Assembly: GCA_964536205.1 (NCBI GenBank)
Contig: CAZHVT010000006.1
Location: 8,623-72,622 of the forward strand
DNA from: an uncultured Gammaproteobacteria bacterium
Lineage (GTDB): Bacteria > Patescibacteriota > Patescibacteriia > Magasanikbacterales > GCA-002688135
Reading direction: 5' to 3'
Length of the DNA stretch: 64,000 nucleotides
Part shown: one piece after another, positions 58,093 through 64,000 of the stretch
Layout of the letters: every line of letters begins with the position of its first letter
Position numbering within the stretch: the first letter of the stretch is position 1
Translations under genes and position numbers: made by a program
The notes under the pieces: model-generated
What the model saw: only the letters and a program-made list of their open reading frames with translations
The model's database searches: none
What the model was told of the DNA's origin: nothing

Positions 58093-60762
58093 TTAGGCTG
58101 TTGCTTTTGAAGTCTTTTTCATGACGGCCGCGACTCCGAGTTTGATTTTTTCGTTTTCGGCATCAATTTTTACTGTGTCTCCGGATGTTACATTTCCTTT
58201 GACAATCTCCATTGCAAGGGGATCGAGGATTTCTGTTTGGATTAATCGCTTGAGTGGGCGAGCGCCGAATGTAACATCATATCCTCGTTCTGCTAATACA
58301 TCTTTTACTGCATCGGAACATGTGACGGTGATTTTCTTTTTTGCTAATCGCTCCACTACGCGCGCTAATTGTAACTCAACAATTTCCTTGATGTTTTCTT
58401 TTGAGAGGGGATGGAAGATAATTACTTCATCCAATCGATTCAAGAATTCTGGCTTGAACTCTTCTTTCAATCCTTCACGAACGCGATCTTCCATGCGCTT
58501 TTCCAAATCATCTTCTTCTTCCGCGCCGAATCCAAGTGTGCCGCGCTCTGATAATCGCAAGATATCTTCTGATCCAACATTGGATGTCATGATGATAATA
58601 GTGTTTTTGAAGTTTACAACTCGGCCTTTTGAATCGGTTAAACGTCCATCTTCAAGAATTTGTAGTAACATATTAAATACGTCCGGATGCGCTTTTTCAA
58701 TTTCATCAAATAATACAACAGAATAAGGTTTGCGTCGGATGATTTCTGTAATTTGTCCACCTTCTTCATGGCCGACATAGCCAGGAGGGGAGCCAGTCAT
58801 TTTTGCAACAGAATGTTTTTCCATGTATTCAGACATGTCGATACGAACGAGAGATTCCTCATCATTGAACATGAATTCTGCGAGGGCTCGTGCTAATTCA
58901 GTTTTTCCGACTCCAGTAGGACCCAAGAAAATGAATGAACCAATTGGACGATTCTCCTCGGCGATTCCCGATCGTGAACGTCGCACTGCATTTGCCACAG
59001 CAGTCACTGCTTCGGATTGTCCGATCACACGACTATCAATTTCTTTTTCCATGCGTGCTAGTTTTTTCAATTCTTCCTCAAGCATCTTTGAAACAGGAAT
59101 TCCTGTCCATCGCGCAACAACAGATGCAATATCCTCATCATTCACTTCTTCTTTCAAAATGCGTCGCGAGATTTGTGTTTTTTGTAGATCTTTTTGTGTG
59201 GCTAAAATTTTGCGTTCCAATTCTGGAATTGTGCTATATCGAATTTCCGCTACTTTTTGCAAATCAGAATGACGTTCGGCAATTTCCGCTTTTTGTCGTG
59301 CTTGTTCTAACTTCTTTTTGAAATCACGAATTTTCGAAATGATTTTCTTTTCAGAATTCCATTGGATTTCTAAAGCTGAACTTTTCTCTTTTAATTCTGC
59401 AAGTTCACGCTCAATCTTTTTAAGACGATCGCCAGCTTCTTTATCTTTTTCTTTTTCAAGCGCTTTTTTCTCAATTTCCAATCGCATTTGATCTCGTTTC
59501 ATTCTGTCCAAATCATCTGGCATAGAATCGATTTCCATACGCAATGCCGATGCTGCTTCATCAATACAATCAATGGCTTTGTCTGGAAGTTGTCGATCTG
59601 AAATATATCGATCTGATAATTCCGCAGCTTTAATAACTGCGGCGTCTGTAATACGCACACCATGATGGACTTCGTATTTTTCTTTAATTCCACGCAAAAT
59701 CGCAATGGTGTCATCAACAGAAGATTCCTGCACCATCACTGGCTGGAATCGACGCTCAAGTGCCGCATCCTTTTCGATATATTTTTGATATTCTTTGATG
59801 GTTGTTGCGCCGATCGCATGTAGTTCTCCGCGAGCGAGAGCTGGCTTTAAGAGATTCGCTGCATCAATCGCGCCTTCTGCAGATCCCGCGCCAACTAAGG
59901 TATGCAACTCATCAATAAAGAGAATGATATTCCCCTCAGATTTATTGATTTCCTTCAAAACAGCCTTGAGGCGATCTTCAAATTCACCGCGGAATTTTGT
60001 TCCAGCCACAAGAGATCCCAAATCCAATTGGATGAGTTCTTTGTCTAACAATGATTCTGGCACGTCTCCATCTGCAATTCGCTGCGCTAAACCTTCTGCG
60101 ACGGCGGTTTTTCCCACACCCGGTTCACCGATGAGCACAGGGTTGTTTTTTGTTCGGCGTGTTACTACTTGCATCACGCGGCGAATTTCCATATCTCGTC
60201 CAATCACAGGATCGAGCTTTTCTTGTTTTGCTAATTGTGTGAGATTGATACCGTATTTTTCGAGTGCTTGGAATTTTGATTCTGGTTCTGGTGAATCTAC
60301 TTTTTGATTGCCGCGGATTTCTACCAGTGTTTTTTGTACATCGCTATATCGCAATCCGAAATGTCGAAGCAATCCATGAATTGAATTCCGAGATGACAAA
60401 AATCCGAGCAAAATATGTTCAGTTGAAATATATTCATCTTTCATTTTGTGTGCCTCCTGTCCAGAGGCTCCGAGAATACTCATGGTTTCGGGCGAGAGAT
60501 AAATTTGCCCGACATTGAATGAGTTATTTGAATAACCTTGTTGTTTTGGTAAACGTCCTAAAAATCTATTGATGGATGATCGCATGGCGTTAATATCGAT
60601 GCCGAGTTTTGCGACGGTCGCGACCACCGTAGAATTTGATTGTTCGATCAGAGCCTTAAAAAGATGAATCGGCTCAATTTGAGGCTGACCATTTTCTATT
60701 GAAATTTGATGCGCGTGTTGGAGCGCTTCTTGGGATTTGGTAGTAAAATTATTTGGAATCAT
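58093..60762 (-). CDS. clpB: AAA+ disaggregase ClpB
   Basis: Two AAA modules ([16 protein letters not shown]), a long coiled-coil M-domain and FGARPL. Confidence 0.96.
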   Translation of the reverse strand: MIPNNFTTKSQEALQHAHQISIENGQPQIEPIHLFKALIEQSNSTVVATVAKLGIDINAMRSSINRFLGRLPKQQGYSNNSFNVGQIYLSPETMSILGASGQEAHKMKDEYISTEHILLGFLSSRNSIHGLLRHFGLRYSDVQKTLVEIRGNQKVDSPEPESKFQALEKYGINLTQLAKQEKLDPVIGRDMEIRRVMQVVTRRTKNNPVLIGEPGVGKTAVAEGLAQRIADGDVPESLLDKELIQLDLGSLVAGTKFRGEFEDRLKAVLKEINKSEGNIILFIDELHTLVGAGSAEGAIDAANLLKPALARGELHAIGATTIKEYQKYIEKDAALERRFQPVMVQESSVDDTIAILRGIKEKYEVHHGVRITDAAVIKAAELSDRYISDRQLPDKAIDCIDEAASALRMEIDSMPDDLDRMKRDQMRLEIEKKALEKEKDKEAGDRLKKIERELAELKEKSSALEIQWNSEKKIISKIRDFKKKLEQARQKAEIAERHSDLQKVAEIRYSTIPELERKILATQKDLQKTQISRRILKEEVNDEDIASVVARWTGIPVSKMLEEELKKLARMEKEIDSRVIGQSEAVTAVANAVRRSRSGIAEENRPIGSFIFLGPTGVGKTELARALAEFMFNDEESLVRIDMSEYMEKHSVAKMTGSPPGYVGHEEGGQITEIIRRKPYSVVLFDEIEKAHPDVFNMLLQILEDGRLTDSKGRVVNFKNTIIIMTSNVGSEDILRLSERGTLGFGAEEEDDLEKRMEDRVREGLKEEFKPEFLNRLDEVIIFHPLSKENIKEIVELQLARVVERLAKKKITVTCSDAVKDVLAERGYDVTFGARPLKRLIQTEILDPLAMEIVKGNVTSGDTVKIDAENEKIKLGVAAVMKKTSKATA

Positions 60763-60772
60763 AATCCTTTGA

Positions 60773-60850
60773 TTCCCCTCCCTATAAAGGGAGGGGTTAG
60801 GGGAGGGTGTAATTTAACCCCCTCCTGACTTCCCCCTGACAGAGGAGGAA
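60773..60850. repeat. C/G-rich REP-like double-hairpin element in the clpB leader
   Basis: CCCCTCCC-tataaa-GGGAGGGG-ttagGGGAGGG ... ACCCCCTCC..TTCCCCCT..AGAGGAGG. Confidence 0.65.
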
Positions 60851-60869
60851 CATTTCTATAATGTCTGTT

Positions 60870-60896
60870 TTAGCACTCTCTACCTGTGAGTGCTAA
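60870..60896. promoter_or_regulatory. CIRCE operator (HrcA binding site)
   Basis: Perfect TTAGCACTC-N9-GAGTGCTAA overlapping the -10 of the minus-strand promoter TTGACT-N17-TACATT (60923-60895). Confidence 0.95.
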
Positions 60897-61042
60897 TGTA
60901 ACGGATATCCACAAAAAAGTCAAGTATATATAGAATATAGCACAATATCGCGGAAAAGGCATTGACAAACCCCGTTTTTTGTGTCATTTTATTATGTTGT
61001 TCTATCACACATGAATGTTACTATTGAGAGAGGAGGACAAAA

Positions 61043-61321
61043 TTGAGTGCTGTTTCAGATAGCTTACTGGTGAGTTTTCATGAACTTGTATATGTGAAGG
61101 TCAGCTGGAGAGAGGAGGATTTTGACCCTCTTAGTTCAGCGCCATCAGATTGTGCAAAAGAGTTCCGATCGTGGCTTGAGATCCACGAAATCACAGCCGT
61201 ACTTTCAACCAGCGAAACTGACTGCTGGGGAGGTTTATCTGGTTTTTATAAGCCAGCTGATGCTACAACAATCAAGAATTGGCTCAGTAGACACGAAGCA
61301 ACCATTAAGGAGGAGGGTTAA
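61043..61321 (+). CDS. Small orphan protein, paralog 1
   Basis: TTG start after GAGGAGG; ends KPADATTIKNWLSRHEATIK. Confidence 0.7.
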   Translation: MSAVSDSLLVSFHELVYVKVSWREEDFDPLSSAPSDCAKEFRSWLEIHEITAVLSTSETDCWGGLSGFYKPADATTIKNWLSRHEATIKEEG

Positions 61322-61322
61322 A

Positions 61323-61643
61323 TTGAGCACTTCATTTAACATAGTTCCGCTTGATAGAGACATCATTGAGATTACCCTGACTACTCAAGGAATAGGGAGG
61401 AGCTATACTCAGGCGAGTCTACTTGAGTACTTCAAGAAGTGGGTCGCAGATTCTGATATCAGACCGGAAATGAGCCCCGCGATCAGTACTGCAAGTACGG
61501 GAAATGATGTCTTTTGCTGGTCGAAGTTCAAGAAGGAGGACGCCAACCGAGTCATTTCTTGGCTGATGAACAACGGCGCGACGATCAAGAATGATTTCAG
61601 AGCCAATCGTGGCCCCACTCACAAGCGACTATTTTCCGATTAG
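61323..61643 (+). CDS. Small orphan protein, paralog 2
   Basis: TTG start at 61323 after GGAGG; KKEDANRVISWLMNNGATIK; terminator at ~61648-61685. Confidence 0.7.
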   Translation: MSTSFNIVPLDRDIIEITLTTQGIGRSYTQASLLEYFKKWVADSDIRPEMSPAISTASTGNDVFCWSKFKKEDANRVISWLMNNGATIKNDFRANRGPTHKRLFSD

Positions 61644-61712
61644 AGAAAGAACCCTGCACCTACGTGGTGCAGGGCTTTTCTTTTTCTACCTTTTAGAGTA
61701 AGATCGGCGACT

Positions 61713-62480
61713 ATGATCAACTTCATGGGAGCACGATTAGATCCCTTTCCAACCGTCGTTATTGAGAATCGATTGGTTGATTTTTTATGTGGGGATGATA
61801 CGAAATTAATTACAACTCCAAATCCGGAGATGTTAATTTTGGGACAAAAGAGTGAGGATTTACAGACCGTTTTGCATCAGTCAGATTTGGGATGTGTTGA
61901 TGGAACTGGAGTTGTTGGGGTTTTGAAAATGAAGGGAATTCATGGTGTTGAGCGCGTGACTGGGGTTGATACGATGTGGACGTTAGCAAAGCTGTGTAGC
62001 GAGCAGAATAAAAAAATAATGTTGGTTGGAGCGCGTCCTGGGGTTGCTGCAGAGGCGAAACAGATGTTATTAGCGAAGTATCCCAATCTACATATTCATT
62101 CGTATGTGGGGCCGAATATGTCATACAAAATTGAGGGGACGAGTCCGTTTGCAAAAGACGATGAAGAGGTTTTGCAAGAAATCGAGAATTTCCAGCCGGA
62201 TGTTTTAGCGATTGCACTTGGAGCAGGGAAGCAGGAAATCTGGCTCAACAAGTATAAGGATCGATTTTCAAGTGTGAAAATTTTGATTGGGATTGGCGGG
62301 GCTTTTGATATGATTAGTGGTGCATTACCTCGTGCACCTTTGTTTTTCCGGAAGATTGGATTAGAATGGATGTGGCGATTGCTTTTACAGCCGACTCGCA
62401 TTGCACGCATTATGCGCGCGGTTGTGGTATTTCCACTGACAGCTATTAAACATGATATTTCCTATGAGCGTAAGAGTTAG
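61713..62480 (+). CDS. WecB/TagA/CpsF family glycosyltransferase
   Basis: TPNPE, ERVTGVD, LGAGKQEIW, GGAFD, GLEWMWRL. Confidence 0.92.
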   Translation: MINFMGARLDPFPTVVIENRLVDFLCGDDTKLITTPNPEMLILGQKSEDLQTVLHQSDLGCVDGTGVVGVLKMKGIHGVERVTGVDTMWTLAKLCSEQNKKIMLVGARPGVAAEAKQMLLAKYPNLHIHSYVGPNMSYKIEGTSPFAKDDEEVLQEIENFQPDVLAIALGAGKQEIWLNKYKDRFSSVKILIGIGGAFDMISGALPRAPLFFRKIGLEWMWRLLLQPTRIARIMRAVVVFPLTAIKHDISYERKS

Positions 62481-63852
62481 ATTAGCACCGTCTCCAACAG
62501 GCTTTATTCATTTAGGTACATTGCGTGTTGCTTTGTACGATTATTTTTTTGCAAAACAAAACGGTGGAAAATTTATTTTGCGGATTGAGGATACAGATCA
62601 ATCTCGTGAAGTTGAAGGTGCTGTTGCAAATATTTTGAAAACGTTGCGTTGGGCAGGATTGACTCCAGATGAAGGTCCAGAGAAATTAGGAGGGGAGTAT
62701 GGGCCGTATACGCAATCTGAGCGCTTGGATATATATAGAACTCATGTCGATGGATTGTTAGCTTCAGGACATGCGTATTGGTGTGATTGTTCGCAAGAAA
62801 CCCTCAAAGAATCTCGCGAGCAACATCTTGGTTATCCTGGATTTTGTCGTGATAAAAAACTTGAGAGTGGGGACGTGGTTCGATTGAAAGTTCCGAAAAA
62901 TGGAGAGACGAAATTCACTGATTTGATTCGTGGTGAGATTTCCATTCCAAATAAAGATACTGATGATCAGATTATTTTAAAGTCTGATGGATTTCCGACG
63001 TATCATTTGGCGGTTGTTGTTGATGATCATTTGATGGAGATTTCGCATGTGTTTCGTGGAGAGGAATGGATTGCGTCGACTCCGAAACATGTGTTGTTGT
63101 ATGAAGCTTTTGGGTGGGATGCTCCGCAATATGCGCATCTACCTCTGCTTTTGAATCCAGATAAATCTAAATTATCGAAGCGACAGGGCGATGTTGCGGT
63201 TGAGGATTATATTGCGAAAGGTTATCTTCCTGAAGCTTTGTTGAATTTTATTGCATTGCAAGGTTGGAATCCAAAGGGTGATCAAGAATTGTACGACATG
63301 GATGAGCTCACAAAATTGTTTGATATTTCGAAAGTGAATTCTTCTGGAAGTGTGGTAAATTTTGAAAAGTTGGATTGGATGCAATCGCATTATATTAAGG
63401 AGATGTCTGATGGAGAATTATTGAAAGTTGCAAAACCGTTTTTGAAGAGGGAAGTTGATGATGAGAAGTTGGGGAAGATTTTGGATATGTTGAAAGATCG
63501 ATTGGTTAGGTTATCTGAAATTGATGAGCTTTCGGATTTTGTATTTGAATTACCTGATTATGATCCAGACATTTTGATTTGGAAGAAATCTGATGTTGTT
63601 ACTGCAACATCCATGCTACAAGAACTCAGGGAATATTTTGAAAATGCTAATTGTTCTGATGCAAAAAAACTTCAGGAAGATCTCACGAGTTGGATTGCCC
63701 AGCATGAATATAAGAATGGTGATGTATTGTGGCCGCTTCGCACCGCTCTCTCTGGTCAAAAAAACTCTCCGCCTCCGTTTGCAATTGCGTATGTTCTTGG
63801 AAAAGAGGAAGTACTTTCTCGACTCCAAACCGCGATTAAAAAACTTTCTTAA
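62464..63852 (+). CDS. gltX: Glutamate--tRNA ligase
   Basis: RLAPSPTG..HLGT, RIEDTD, KLSKR. Confidence 0.97.
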   Translation: MSVRVRLAPSPTGFIHLGTLRVALYDYFFAKQNGGKFILRIEDTDQSREVEGAVANILKTLRWAGLTPDEGPEKLGGEYGPYTQSERLDIYRTHVDGLLASGHAYWCDCSQETLKESREQHLGYPGFCRDKKLESGDVVRLKVPKNGETKFTDLIRGEISIPNKDTDDQIILKSDGFPTYHLAVVVDDHLMEISHVFRGEEWIASTPKHVLLYEAFGWDAPQYAHLPLLLNPDKSKLSKRQGDVAVEDYIAKGYLPEALLNFIALQGWNPKGDQELYDMDELTKLFDISKVNSSGSVVNFEKLDWMQSHYIKEMSDGELLKVAKPFLKREVDDEKLGKILDMLKDRLVRLSEIDELSDFVFELPDYDPDILIWKKSDVVTATSMLQELREYFENANCSDAKKLQEDLTSWIAQHEYKNGDVLWPLRTALSGQKNSPPPFAIAYVLGKEEVLSRLQTAIKKLS

Positions 63853-63874
63853 ATCGCCAGCGTACTTCACCAAC

Positions 63875-63943
63875 CGTCATCCCGGCGTAGGCCGGGCTCC
63901 ATCGTATTTAACAGCATGGATCCCGGCCTACGCCGGGATGACG
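63875..63943. repeat. Complete REP-like GTCATCCCG...CGGGATGAC inverted element
   Basis: CGTCATCCCGGCGTAGGCCGGGCTCCAT-spacer-ATGGATCCCGGCCTACGCCGGGATGACG. Confidence 0.85.
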
Positions 63944-64000
63944 TTTTTAGGTACTTTGTGTTATACTTTTAAGGTATGCAAACCGCGCGTGTATTAGTGG

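Noticed and set aside
61122-61322. 5' part of the 173-aa ORF
   Set aside because: It overlaps the upstream paralog; the SD and the homology indicate a start at 61323.
63593-63997. 134-aa ORF containing WIPAYAGMT
   Set aside because: It overlaps gltX, and the motif is just the translation of the REP-like element.

Overview
Bacterial chromosomal window whose gene content points to a Patescibacteria/CPR organism, probably Parcubacteria-like. The taxon is inferred, not measured; the clues are a DUF5667-like protein, a stand-alone VirD4/HerA-like ATPase with its partner gene, a short AlaRS, an RpoA without its CTD and many SD-less core genes. The core backbone covers cell wall (glmU N-domain, PBP, murF/C/B), C1 metabolism (folD, glyA), secA/D/F, tdk, mnmA, alaS, the infA-rpmJ-rpsM-rpsK-rpsD-rpoA-rplQ-rplM-rpsI cluster, a flippase/GT/O-ligase glycan locus, fmt-def-priA, CIRCE-preceded clpB, a WecG/TagA GT, gltX and tRNA-Glu(CTC). 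Interleaved are many self-contained orphan cassettes with a sigma70 promoter, a strong SD and a terminator, often as tandem paralogs. Best candidates for new biology: (i) a ~10 kb orphan island (1-9956) with a MORC-like GHKL ATPase fused to Ig-like domains, HTH proteins, a degenerate methyltransferase-fold protein and a basic HTH-repeat protein; (ii) two promoter-to-terminator structured non-coding units (22.96-23.08 kb and 57.67-58.03 kb); (iii) tRNA-Glu-linked 115-bp repeats carrying a T-arm split by a 39-nt insert, followed by a Cys-rich MYXO-CTERM-like gene. All assignments were made by eye from motifs; no database searches were run.
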